Of a DNA stretch of 33,081 bases, positions 1-8,452 are shown piece after piece. The number at the start of each line of letters is the position of its first letter. Positions within the stretch are counted from its first letter, which is position 1. The stretch is taken from contig JAGQLW010000014.1 of assembly GCA_020428995.1 (NCBI GenBank), positions 1 through 33,081 on the forward strand, read 5' to 3'. A program made the translations under genes and the position numbers. Below the pieces are notes generated by a model, which saw only the letters and a list, made by a program, of their open reading frames with translations, did not search any database and had not been told where the DNA came from. This DNA comes from Candidatus Moraniibacteriota bacterium (lineage in GTDB: Bacteria; Patescibacteriota; Minisyncoccia; Moranbacterales; GCA-2747515).

Positions 1-69
1 CCTTACCAAAAAAGGTAAAGCTGGCAACGTATCCAAAAAACACCTGAAACAAAAAAACTAAAAACATTC

Positions 70-300
70 GCAAGGATTAATCTGTGTCCACAGTGGCGTG
101 CCTACCAGCCCCCCCCTGCTTTGCGAAATCACAGGCGAAGAGTCGTGTGGTGGTAATCCACCGTTTGAATCTCCTGAAAGAGACTCATCCGTAGGTTGGA
201 GAGTCAAGCATATGAGTCCTCTGCGTTTTGTTCTACGGATTTGAACTTGGGCAGGATTGCGCCTCCATCCAGTAACTGGCATAAGTTTAACCCCTTGAAA
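70..300. ncRNA. Candidate structured non-coding RNA of unassigned class (GC-rich island with hairpins and a possible pseudoknot)
   Basis: Hand count gives 38/60 G+C in 91-150 versus 21/60 in 1-60. The only ORF is an 87-aa one at 58-321(-) with no recognisable family. Hairpin GGTGG-TAAT-CCACC at 149-162. Helix ATCCGTAG 187-194 / CTACGGAT 233-240 is interleaved with GAGACTC 180-186 / GAGTC(C)TC 214-221. CCAG-TAA-CTGG at 269-279. C8 run at 109-116. Strand and class not determined. Confidence 0.4.
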
Positions 301-384
301 AAGCGAGAAAAAAATATCCATTCAAAAATAAAGAACAACGTCCATATAAAACCTATTCTAAAATACAGTTAAAAAATAATCAAG

Positions 385-1746
385 ATGGCAAAAAAATATT
401 CAAAAAAATTCTGGATCATATTTTGGGCAGTGTCCACAGTTTTACTAGTGCTGTGGTACGGTTTTTTGCAATGGAAAGGGTCTTCTGACGAATCAATGAA
501 GGTTCGTGTTGCAAAAAAAGCAATCGAATGGACAATTCCAAACGCGCCAAAAGAACTCACAAACATTGCAAAATTTGTCTTGCAAAAGGATGGAAAAGAA
601 AGAACATATCTTATACTGTTGCAAAATAATCATGAACTACGTCCATCAGGAGGATATATTGGAACATTTGCAATTGTAAAAATTAAGGATGGGCAGATAA
701 CAAACCTGGAGACACATAATACAAACGTTTTTGATGGGCGTGTGCCTGATGTTGAATTGCCACCATACCCAATGAAAGAAACACTAAAGATTCCATCCTG
801 GAAGATGCGTGATGCAAACTGGTCTCCAGATTTTCCAACAAGCGCAAAGAAGGCTGAATATTTTTATCACCTTGGTAAAGGTAAAGAGCAGTTTGATGGT
901 ATTATTGGTGTGACAACAAACATTCTACCAAGACTTCTTTCTGTGACAGGTCCAATTGAACTGGAAGGGAAAGCAGGGATATTCACACAAGAAAATGCAA
1001 TCGACAAATTGCAAGAATATGTAGAGATTTCTTATCAAGACTTGGGAGTTGAAGAAGAAGAACGAAAAGTAATCATTGCAACACTTGCAAAAAAGATTGT
1101 GGAGAAAGTATCATGGACACATCCAATCACCATAGCAAAAATAGGTAATGCAATCGTAGAAGCATTGAACGAAAAAGAGGTTCAAATTTATGTGAAAAAT
1201 GAAAAAGTACAAAAAGAAGTACACACAGCAAAATGGGGTGGAGAAATAAACAGCGATTGGACAAAAGACTATTTGATGACAGTCGATGCAAACCTCTCAG
1301 CACTCAAAAGCGACCGACTGATTGATCGCAACATAAATTATACAATTGATCTGACACTGGAAAAACCGCGTGCATATATGCAAATAACATATCGACACAA
1401 CGGAACGCAAAAAGATTGGAGAACAACAGATTATCAATCGTTTTTGCGAGTATATCTGCCAAAAGACGCGTGGGTAGAAACAGTCAAAGGAGCAAACAAA
1501 GAAGTTGTCTACGAACAAGAAAATGGAAAGAAAGTGTTCGGTGCGCTTGTCCATGTTGGACTTGGAGCATCAAAAACGATTGAATTAGAATACGTGTTAC
1601 CAGAATCAATAAAGAATGATTATAGTCTGTTGATTCAAAAACAAGCAGGAGTAGACAATGTGCAGACAAGTGTGCGCGTAATCAGAGAAGATGGTAAAGT
1701 GGATGAAAAATCATTCAACATGAAATCAGACACAGTCGTTTTCTAA
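385..1746 (+). CDS. DUF4012 domain-containing membrane-anchored protein
   Basis: 453-aa ORF with an N-terminal hydrophobic anchor (FWIIFWAVSTVLLVLWYGFL). The motif LLQNNHELRPSGGYIGTFAIV matches the conserved RP(S/T)GG(F/Y)IG core of DUF4012 as I recall it. Confidence 0.85.
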   Translation: MAKKYSKKFWIIFWAVSTVLLVLWYGFLQWKGSSDESMKVRVAKKAIEWTIPNAPKELTNIAKFVLQKDGKERTYLILLQNNHELRPSGGYIGTFAIVKIKDGQITNLETHNTNVFDGRVPDVELPPYPMKETLKIPSWKMRDANWSPDFPTSAKKAEYFYHLGKGKEQFDGIIGVTTNILPRLLSVTGPIELEGKAGIFTQENAIDKLQEYVEISYQDLGVEEEERKVIIATLAKKIVEKVSWTHPITIAKIGNAIVEALNEKEVQIYVKNEKVQKEVHTAKWGGEINSDWTKDYLMTVDANLSALKSDRLIDRNINYTIDLTLEKPRAYMQITYRHNGTQKDWRTTDYQSFLRVYLPKDAWVETVKGANKEVVYEQENGKKVFGALVHVGLGASKTIELEYVLPESIKNDYSLLIQKQAGVDNVQTSVRVIREDGKVDEKSFNMKSDTVVF

Positions 1747-1786
1747 GAAATTGTCTAAAAAGCGATCACAAAAAAGAGTTAAAAAA

Positions 1787-1809
1787 ACAGGAAAAACACC
1801 TGTTTTTTT
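1787..1809 (+). terminator. Weak rho-independent terminator candidate after the DUF4012 gene
   Basis: ACAGG (1787-1791), 7-nt loop, CCTGT (1799-1803), followed by a T run to 1809. Confidence 0.45.
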
Positions 1810-1891
1810 ATTGGGAAAAAGAGGGGTTTGCTCAAAAAAAGACACAATGAGATAATGAAAAACAAAAGAAAATACTAACATAAAGACACTG

Positions 1892-2443
1892 ATGAAATAT
1901 AAAAAGACACAAATAGAGGGACTGTTAATTATAGAACCAGATATTTTTGCCGATGACCGAGGTCACTTTTCAGAGACATTCAGCACGCAAAAATATAAAG
2001 ATATTGGAATTGATGAGACATTCACACAAGACAACATGTCACTGTCACACAAGAATGTGTTGCGAGGACTTCACTATCAAAAACCACCTTACGCACAGGG
2101 AAAACTTGTCAGTGTTCTTTCAGGATCCGTTTTGGATGTTGCTGTAGACATGCGCCAAGAATCACCGACGAAAGGTCAATATGTGGCCGTGGAATTATCG
2201 AGCAAAAACCACAAACAATTCTGGATTCCTTCTGGATTTGCACATGGATTTCTGTCATTGGAAGACGATACAATCTTCACATACAAATGCACGAATTATT
2301 ACAACAAAGAATCCGAGTCGGGAATCAGGTGGGATGATCCAGTGATTACAATTGACTGGCCAACAAAAACACCAATTGTCTCCCACAAAGATCAAGAGTT
2401 GCCGTTGTGGAACGAAGTAATGAAAGAGAGTTCAAAATATTAA
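1892..2443 (+). CDS. rmlC: dTDP-4-dehydrorhamnose 3,5-epimerase
   Basis: 183 aa. Motifs DDRGHFSETF, LRGLHYQ, GKLVSVLSGSVLDVAVDMR and FWIPSGFAHGF are typical of RmlC cupin epimerases. Confidence 0.95.
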   Translation: MKYKKTQIEGLLIIEPDIFADDRGHFSETFSTQKYKDIGIDETFTQDNMSLSHKNVLRGLHYQKPPYAQGKLVSVLSGSVLDVAVDMRQESPTKGQYVAVELSSKNHKQFWIPSGFAHGFLSLEDDTIFTYKCTNYYNKESESGIRWDDPVITIDWPTKTPIVSHKDQELPLWNEVMKESSKY

Positions 2444-2458
2444 TAACAAATACGGACT

Positions 2459-3097
2459 ATGTCTATAGAAAATCCACAATTTTTTAGTTATAAAAATAGA
2501 GAAAGTGCGCCAGAAGCAAAAATCGGAAAAAAGAAAAAACAAATTCTGAAAGCAGTAACATTTATGATTGCTGTTGCAACAGTACCAGCAAAGGCATGGG
2601 ATTTAAACCAAGATGGCTGGGAAAAAATGGACACTAAGATACAAACAGAGCTAAATAATCTGGGAGTAACGACAGGACTTTTGGAAAAATATCCAACAAA
2701 AGTATCTGCGTCAAAAGATATGACTATTACTGGAAGAGAAAACAAAGAAGAACAAAGAGATGTAAGCGAAGAAGTGTCAGATAACAAAGATGTGAATGAT
2801 AATGAAGAAGATGGTGGCGAAACAACTTCTTTAGAAGAAGAAGTAGTCTCCCCAACAAGCCTCACTGCACAATTAACGATGACGGCATTACAAAATTTTG
2901 TTCCGGCAGTTGTGTCTGAGGTGGCTAGACAAAAAAAAGGAGGAGTAGAAGAAAGTGTGTTTAAAGACAAGGAAGGTATGGAAGAAGATGATCAGGGTCT
3001 TGAAGTTAATATCTCACTTAAATCAGGAGAAAATTATACAACATCTCTATCAATTAAACGCAGGGGTGCTGACTTAATCCTTGTCATCGAAAAATAA
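2459..3097 (+). CDS. Hypothetical acidic protein with one N-terminal hydrophobic segment
   Basis: 212-aa ORF lying 15 nt after rmlC. Hydrophobic stretch AVTFMIAVATVPAKA, then an E/D/S-rich low-complexity middle. No family recognised. Confidence 0.6.
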   Translation: MSIENPQFFSYKNRESAPEAKIGKKKKQILKAVTFMIAVATVPAKAWDLNQDGWEKMDTKIQTELNNLGVTTGLLEKYPTKVSASKDMTITGRENKEEQRDVSEEVSDNKDVNDNEEDGGETTSLEEEVVSPTSLTAQLTMTALQNFVPAVVSEVARQKKGGVEESVFKDKEGMEEDDQGLEVNISLKSGENYTTSLSIKRRGADLILVIEK

Positions 3098-3102
3098 AAA
3101 TT

Positions 3103-3396
3103 ATGCCAAAACTACAATTGACCAAAAAAACGGCGGAGTATATTGCAAAAAACTGGAGAAAATATACGGAGGAACAAAAAGAAAAGATGCTGGATATTGC
3201 AAAAATGCAAGAAGATCTTATTGTTATTGAAAAAAAATTAGAAAAAGTCCAATTAGCAAAAGAAGATAATAAAAGAATATTGGACGCTGTAAAAATGATG
3301 AATACACAAGATCGACATGACATTGCAATGGCAATAAGAACAGACGCCGGGGAGCTAGTAGAAATTTTTAAGGCAAAAAAAAGAGAAAATAAATAA
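3103..3396 (+). CDS. Hypothetical small K/E-rich, probably helical protein
   Basis: 97-aa ORF lying 5 nt after the previous ORF and 4 nt before rmlB. Heptad-like charged sequence. No family recognised. Confidence 0.55.
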   Translation: MPKLQLTKKTAEYIAKNWRKYTEEQKEKMLDIAKMQEDLIVIEKKLEKVQLAKEDNKRILDAVKMMNTQDRHDIAMAIRTDAGELVEIFKAKKRENK

Positions 3397-3400
3397 AACT

Positions 3401-4411
3401 ATGAAATATCTCATAACTGGTGGGGCAGGATTTATTGGGTCAAACTTCGTGCGCCACATATTAAAAAATCACAAAGACGCAACAGTGACAAACATTGACG
3501 CGCTCACATATGCTGGCAATCTTGGCAATCTCAAAGACGTCGAAGAAGACGATCGCTACACGTTCATTCATGGAGACATCTGCAATCAAGATATGGTTGA
3601 TGAGCTAGTAAAAAAGACAGATATTATTGTGCATTTTGCAGCTGAATCACATGTCGACCGGTCAGTGCGAGACGCAACAGCATTCGTGAAAACAAACGTA
3701 GCAGGAACTCTGACGCTCTTGGACTCAGCAAAAAAACATGGAAACAAAAGATTTCACCATGTCTCAACCGATGAAGTTTTTGGAGCTCTCAAAAAAGACG
3801 ACTCGGCATTCACAGAAGAAACGCCCTATGACCCGCGCAGTCCGTACAGCGCATCCAAAGCAGCATCCGATCATTTGGTGCGTGCATATTTTCACACACA
3901 CAATTTACCAATGACAATCTCTAACTGCTCCAACAATTATGGACCTTTTCATTTCCCAGAAAAACTGATTCCACTAGCAATCACAAACCTCCTGGAAGGA
4001 AAGAAAGTGCCAATTTATGGAAAAGGGGATCAGGTGCGAGATTGGCTTCATGTCAACGATCACTGTTTGGCAATCGACAAAATTATAACAAACGGAACAA
4101 TCGGAAAAACATATTTAATTGGTGGTGACGCACAAACAACAAACAACAAACTAGTTCGGATGATTCTGGAAATAATGAACAAAGACGAGTCATTCTTGGA
4201 AACCGTCCAGGACCGGCCAGGGCACGATTTCCGTTATGCGATCAATCATGACAAAATAACAAAAGAGCTTGGGTGGGTGCCAGAAACATCCCTCGACAAA
4301 GGGCTTCAAGACACCGTACAATGGTACAGTCAAAACAAACAGTGGTGGCAAGAAATAAAATCAGGACAATACCGTAAATACTACGAACAACAATATGGTG
4401 AAAAAAAATAA
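3401..4411 (+). CDS. rmlB: dTDP-glucose 4,6-dehydratase
   Basis: 336 aa. Rossmann motif GGAGFIGSNF, catalytic YSASKAASDH, HVSTDEVFG and RPGHDFRYAI are typical of RmlB. Confidence 0.95.
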   Translation: MKYLITGGAGFIGSNFVRHILKNHKDATVTNIDALTYAGNLGNLKDVEEDDRYTFIHGDICNQDMVDELVKKTDIIVHFAAESHVDRSVRDATAFVKTNVAGTLTLLDSAKKHGNKRFHHVSTDEVFGALKKDDSAFTEETPYDPRSPYSASKAASDHLVRAYFHTHNLPMTISNCSNNYGPFHFPEKLIPLAITNLLEGKKVPIYGKGDQVRDWLHVNDHCLAIDKIITNGTIGKTYLIGGDAQTTNNKLVRMILEIMNKDESFLETVQDRPGHDFRYAINHDKITKELGWVPETSLDKGLQDTVQWYSQNKQWWQEIKSGQYRKYYEQQYGEKK

Positions 4412-4494
4412 AACGGGCGCATGTCTAAACATGACCGCAAATTCACAAACTTTGTAGAAAATCCACAACTGATTCGTAAGACAATAAAAAACAC

Positions 4495-5460
4495 ATGCAA
4501 AAATCTATTCTCATTCTTGGTGCTCACGGCATGCTAGGGCAAGAAATGGTTAAATGTTTTCAAAAAGATGATAATTATGATGTTCTGGCATGGGATAAAG
4601 AAGAGTGTGACCTTGCAAATGAAAAAGAACTGTCAGAAAAAATAACCCAAGCATGGCCAGACATTATCATCAATTGCGCTGCATATAACGCCGTAGATCT
4701 ATGTGAAACAGATGAACAAGAATGGCAAAGAGCACTCATGTTAAATGTGCAAGTGCCAGAAAAAATCGCAAAAATTGCCAGAGAACTCCAAACAACATTT
4801 GTCCACTTTTCAACTGACTACGTATTTGGCGGGCAAAGACCGCGCAACAAACATAGTCGAGCTGAAGGGTGTTGTGGTTCTGGATGTGCCGGATGTGTAT
4901 ACTACGGACCAGAAGAAACAATTGAATATTTTGATTACCGTGAAGATGATATTCCAAAACCATTGTCAAAATATGGCATTTCAAAATTAGAAGGAGAAGA
5001 AAAAGTGGAAAAAAATTGCACGGCATACTATATTATCCGTGTTGCACGCCTGTTTGGATTGCCGGCAAAAAGTAAGCTAGGCAAAAAAAGTTTCTTTGAT
5101 GTCATTGCACAAAAAGCAAAAAATGGTGAAAAGCTAACCATTGTCGAAGATGAAATCGCAAACTTCACATATGCCCCAGATGTTGCAAAAGAAGTGCATT
5201 ATATGCTTTCATTGGATGAAGACAAGGCGCAATACGGTGTCTATCATTTTGTAAACGAGAATCCAGCATCGTGGTATGAAGCGTCAAAAATCCTTTTAAA
5301 ATATCTAGAAATCGATCGAAAACAAATCACGCCAATTCTTTCAGAAAGTCTAAAGCGTCCAGCACCAAGACCATCATCATCTGCGCTCATAAACAAAAAA
5401 TGGCGACCGCTCAGACCATATGAAGAAGCACTCAAAGAATATATCCAAGAAAATAAATAA
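4495..5460 (+). CDS. rmlD: dTDP-4-dehydrorhamnose reductase carrying an internal Cys-rich insertion
   Basis: 321 aa. Motifs ILGAHGMLGQ, NCAAYNAVDLCE, STDYVF, YGISKLEGE and a C-terminal RPxxS match RmlD. About 27 extra residues lie between STDYVF and YGxSK, including CCGSGCAGC. Confidence 0.88.
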   Translation: MQKSILILGAHGMLGQEMVKCFQKDDNYDVLAWDKEECDLANEKELSEKITQAWPDIIINCAAYNAVDLCETDEQEWQRALMLNVQVPEKIAKIARELQTTFVHFSTDYVFGGQRPRNKHSRAEGCCGSGCAGCVYYGPEETIEYFDYREDDIPKPLSKYGISKLEGEEKVEKNCTAYYIIRVARLFGLPAKSKLGKKSFFDVIAQKAKNGEKLTIVEDEIANFTYAPDVAKEVHYMLSLDEDKAQYGVYHFVNENPASWYEASKILLKYLEIDRKQITPILSESLKRPAPRPSSSALINKKWRPLRPYEEALKEYIQENK

Positions 5461-5486
5461 AATTGCATCCTGCAAAAAATACATCT

Positions 5487-6734
5487 ATGAAAAACATTCA
5501 AAAGACCGACAAGCAAGTATACAAAGCGCTTACAGCAGAAATAAAAAGACAAAATGAAGGTATTGAAATGATTCCGTCAGAAAATTATGTTTCCAAAGCA
5601 GTTTTGGAAGCACTCGGGTCAGTATTCACAAACAAGTACTCAGAAGGTTACCCAAAAAGACGGTACTATGGCGGACAAGAAAATACAGACACTGTCGAAA
5701 CACTGGCGATTGAACGAGCAAAAACATTGTTTGGCGCACAGCATGTGAATGTGCAACCGCTCTCAGGAGCTCCGGCAAATCTCGCAGTGTACAGCGCCCT
5801 CTTAAACCCTGGAGATACTGTGTTGGGAATGGATCTCTCTCATGGTGGTCACCTGACACACGGTCATCCCGTGACTCTTTCGGCAAAAATCTATAACTTC
5901 GTACGATACAAGACAAAAGAGAACGGAACAATTGATTATGAAAAGTTGGAAGAATTAGTGCAAAAAACAAAACCAAAAATTTTACTTGCAGGATTTTCTT
6001 CCTATACCAGACAATTGAACTATCGCAAAATTACAAAGATTGCCAAAAAAGTAGGGGCAATTTCAATGATGGACATGGCGCACATTGCTGGGCTTGTTGC
6101 GGGAAAAGCATTACCAAATCCAGTGCCATTGTTCGATGTGGTGACAACAACAACACACAAATCATTGCGTGGACCCCGTGGCGGGATGATTATGTGCAAG
6201 AAAGAGTTTGCACAAAAAATTGACAAGGCAGTTTTTCCAGGTCTGCAAGGTGGGCCACATATGAATAACATCACAGCACTGGCAATAGCACTCAAAGAAG
6301 CGCAGGAAAAACAATTCCAAAATTATGCAACACAAGTATTAAAAAATGCAAAAGAGTTGGAGAGAGGACTTAAAAAACGTGGAGCAACGTTGTGTTTTGG
6401 AGCAAAAACAGATAATCATATGGTACTCATAAATACAATGGAGAAATGGGGTTTGACAGGAAAACAAGCAGAAGAAACACTCGACGCAATCGGTATCACT
6501 GTAAACAAAAATGTATTACCAGATGACGTGCGCGGACCACTTGATCCAAGCGGAATCCGAGTTGGAACACCAGCAGCAACAACACGTGGAATGAAAGAAA
6601 AAGAAATGACAAAAATTGCTGTTTGGATCGATGGGGCACTAACAAATAGTATAAACAAAAAAGAGATTGCGCGAATCAAAAAAGAAGTGCGGACAATGTG
6701 TCTTCGTTTTCCAATAAACAAAGACAAAAAATAA
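5487..6734 (+). CDS. glyA: Serine hydroxymethyltransferase
   Basis: MKNIQKTDKQVYKALTAEIKRQNEGIEMIPSENY, the PLP-lysine motif TTTTHKSLRGPRGG and VTLSAKIYNF. The ORF is open from a TTG at 5463, but the ATG at 5487 gives the usual N-terminus. Confidence 0.93.
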   Translation: MKNIQKTDKQVYKALTAEIKRQNEGIEMIPSENYVSKAVLEALGSVFTNKYSEGYPKRRYYGGQENTDTVETLAIERAKTLFGAQHVNVQPLSGAPANLAVYSALLNPGDTVLGMDLSHGGHLTHGHPVTLSAKIYNFVRYKTKENGTIDYEKLEELVQKTKPKILLAGFSSYTRQLNYRKITKIAKKVGAISMMDMAHIAGLVAGKALPNPVPLFDVVTTTTHKSLRGPRGGMIMCKKEFAQKIDKAVFPGLQGGPHMNNITALAIALKEAQEKQFQNYATQVLKNAKELERGLKKRGATLCFGAKTDNHMVLINTMEKWGLTGKQAEETLDAIGITVNKNVLPDDVRGPLDPSGIRVGTPAATTRGMKEKEMTKIAVWIDGALTNSINKKEIARIKKEVRTMCLRFPINKDKK

Positions 6735-6757
6735 CGCCAATCAATAGGTAAAAAAAT

Positions 6758-7483
6758 ATGAAAGGAATTATTCTCTCAGGAGGTCATGGAACACGACTGC
6801 TACCACTGACAAAGATGACATCGAAACAACTGTTGCCAGTGTATAACCGCCCAATGGTATACTACCCACTCAACACATTGCTCAAAGCAGGGATTAAAGA
6901 AATATTGTTCGTAATCGCACCAGACCATGCTGGGAATTATTTAAATCTTTTGGGTTCTGGAAAAGAGTTCGGGGCACGTTTTACCTATGAAATTCAAGAC
7001 GAACCACGAGGTTTGGCAGAAGCATTCATTATTGCTGAATCATTTTTGGATAATGGTCCAGTAACAATGATTTTGGGAGACAATATCTTTGAGGATGATT
7101 TTTCCGAAGCAATCAAAGGGTTTAAAAGTGGTGGGCGAGTCTTCGCAAAAGAAGTGTCAGATCCAAAACGATTTGGTGTCGTGGAATTTGATGAAAATAA
7201 AAAAGCAATTTCCATTGAAGAAAAACCACAAAATCCAAAAAGCAACTTTGCCATCCCTGGACTGTATATTTATGACAAACGTGTAGTCGACTTTGCAAAA
7301 GAAGTGTCACCAAGTCAGCGTGGTGAGATTGAAATTACAGAAATACACAAAAGGTACCTGGCTTTAGGGGAATTAGATGTTCAAATTGTTAGAGGAGAGT
7401 GGGTTGATGCTGGAACATTCGATTCACTTTTGAGTGCAAATCAATTGGCAAAAGAACGTCTTGCAAGCAAAATGATTATCTGA
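6758..7483 (+). CDS. rmlA: Glucose-1-phosphate thymidylyltransferase (short form)
   Basis: 241 aa. MKGIILSGGHGTRLLPLT, SKQLLPVYNRPMVYYPL, RFGVVEFDENKKAISIEEKP and RGEIEITE align closely with E. coli RmlA as recalled. The C-terminal extension is absent. Confidence 0.9.
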   Translation: MKGIILSGGHGTRLLPLTKMTSKQLLPVYNRPMVYYPLNTLLKAGIKEILFVIAPDHAGNYLNLLGSGKEFGARFTYEIQDEPRGLAEAFIIAESFLDNGPVTMILGDNIFEDDFSEAIKGFKSGGRVFAKEVSDPKRFGVVEFDENKKAISIEEKPQNPKSNFAIPGLYIYDKRVVDFAKEVSPSQRGEIEITEIHKRYLALGELDVQIVRGEWVDAGTFDSLLSANQLAKERLASKMII

Positions 7484-7538
7484 CACACTGAGGTATGTGT
7501 TATGAGAATAAAAAAGTAAACCATTAGATGATTTAGGA

Positions 7539-8411
7539 ATGCAAAAAAAAATAAAAAAAGCAATTGTTGCTGTTGCGGGGTCAGGGACACGTCTCTTGCC
7601 AGCAACAAAGTCAATGCCAAAAGAAATGCTTCCAATCGTGGACAAGCCGGTGATTCAGCTTGTGGTGGAAGAGCTGGTTGAAGCAGGGATTGAAGATATT
7701 ATCCTTGTCACAAAGTGGGACAAAAAACCACTAGAGGATCATTTTGATCATTCATGGGCGTTAGAAAACGAATTGGAAAAATCTGGCAAAATTGAACAAC
7801 TAGAAAAAGTGCGCAGACTTTCTGAAATGGCAAATTTTGTCTACGTGAGACAAAAAGGACCTTATGGAAACGGAACGCCACTACTCTCAGCGGCAAGCTT
7901 GGTTGATGACGAACCGTTTGTATACGTCTTTGGTGATGATTTGGTGAAAACAGAAACCTCTTTCACAAAACAGATGGTGGAAGATTTTAAGAAAGATGGA
8001 CATTTGATGAACGGTGTCGAGCAAATGCCAGAAGAAGTTCTTCATAGGTATGGAATTGTGAAACTCAAAGAGGGTACAAATCAAATTGAAGATATTGTTG
8101 AAAAACCTGCACCGGGAGAAGCACCATCAAACCTGGCACAGTTTGGGCGTATGATCTTCAATCAAGACATCATCACAACACTTAAGGAAACAACTCCAGG
8201 AAAAGATGGAGAGCTGTGGGTAACTGATGCCATCAGAAACTACGTTAGAAACGGTGGTGTGTTTGTGGCAAAAACAATAACCAACGGGACATGGTTGACG
8301 ACAGGAGATCCATTAAACTATATTAATGCAACTTTGTCCTATGCCATGGAAAGGCCGGAACTGAAAGAAGGAATTTTATTATTTATGGAAAAGTACAGAG
8401 AGAAAAAATAA
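7539..8411 (+). CDS. galU: UTP--glucose-1-phosphate uridylyltransferase
   Basis: 290 aa. AVAGSGTRLLPATKSMPKEMLPIVDKPVIQ and YVRQKGPYGNGTP are typical of GalU. Confidence 0.9.
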   Translation: MQKKIKKAIVAVAGSGTRLLPATKSMPKEMLPIVDKPVIQLVVEELVEAGIEDIILVTKWDKKPLEDHFDHSWALENELEKSGKIEQLEKVRRLSEMANFVYVRQKGPYGNGTPLLSAASLVDDEPFVYVFGDDLVKTETSFTKQMVEDFKKDGHLMNGVEQMPEEVLHRYGIVKLKEGTNQIEDIVEKPAPGEAPSNLAQFGRMIFNQDIITTLKETTPGKDGELWVTDAIRNYVRNGGVFVAKTITNGTWLTTGDPLNYINATLSYAMERPELKEGILLFMEKYREKK

Positions 8412-8452
8412 GACAAACACAAAAAGGTAAAAAAATCCTATAACCATGACTT

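Noticed and set aside
91-97. B12-box-like GCCACTG on the minus strand, plus a GGTGGATTACC string
   Set aside because: The other cobalamin-riboswitch cores (GGGAA and AGTCAGGA-ACCTGCC) were not found, and the spacing does not match the consensus as I recall it.
163-190. Hammerhead-like string on the minus strand: GGAUGAG-UCUC-loop-GAGA-UUCAAAC
   Set aside because: Two invariant core positions do not fit. G replaces U4 in the CUGAUGA box, and no G12 is present in the GAAA box.
91-210. SRP RNA-like fragments on the + strand (GTGGCGTGCC, GGTAATCC, and AGGTT-GGAG-AGTCAAGCA resembling domain IV)
   Set aside because: The highly conserved GGAA tetraloop and GGAAGCAGC core are absent. The resemblance consists of short strings only.
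132-265. ZTP (pfl)-like pieces on the + strand: GGCGAA, GAGUCGUG, GGUGG-loop-CCACC and CGCCU
   Set aside because: The pieces are not collinear with the ZTP consensus as I remember it, because GGCGAA precedes GUCGUG. The downstream gene is not a purine or folate gene.
70-300. tmRNA reading on the minus strand: GGGG start near 294, a GTTCAAATCC T-loop-like string, and a possible tag ...VEQNAEDSYA-stop
   Set aside because: No GGAUUCGAC-like 5' motif is present. No T-arm stems flank the TTCAAAT strings. No acceptor 3' strand plus CCA complementary to the putative 5' end is visible. The putative tag lies inside the proposed pseudoknot, not between pseudoknots.
58-321. 87-aa ORF on the minus strand covering the GC-rich island
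   Set aside because: It has no recognisable family, an odd composition (R/P/G/S-rich) and no upstream ribosome-binding context. It coincides exactly with the region that folds into helices, so it is more likely an artefact of GC-rich non-coding sequence.
2488-2970. Long antisense ORFs inside + strand genes, for example 2488-2970, 9167-9550, 14649-15230 and 23054-23428
   Set aside because: They overlap well-supported sense genes. They encode F/S/C/L-rich low-complexity sequence, as expected from the complement of A-rich coding DNA, which is poor in stop codons in some antisense frames.
4421-4540. 39-codon ORF in the rmlB-rmlD spacer that runs into rmlD in another frame
   Set aside because: It is short, has no ribosome-binding site and overlaps a well-supported gene start.
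5463-5486. TTG start extending glyA by 8 codons
   Set aside because: The ATG at 5487 gives an N-terminus collinear with known GlyA proteins. The extension adds no conserved residues.
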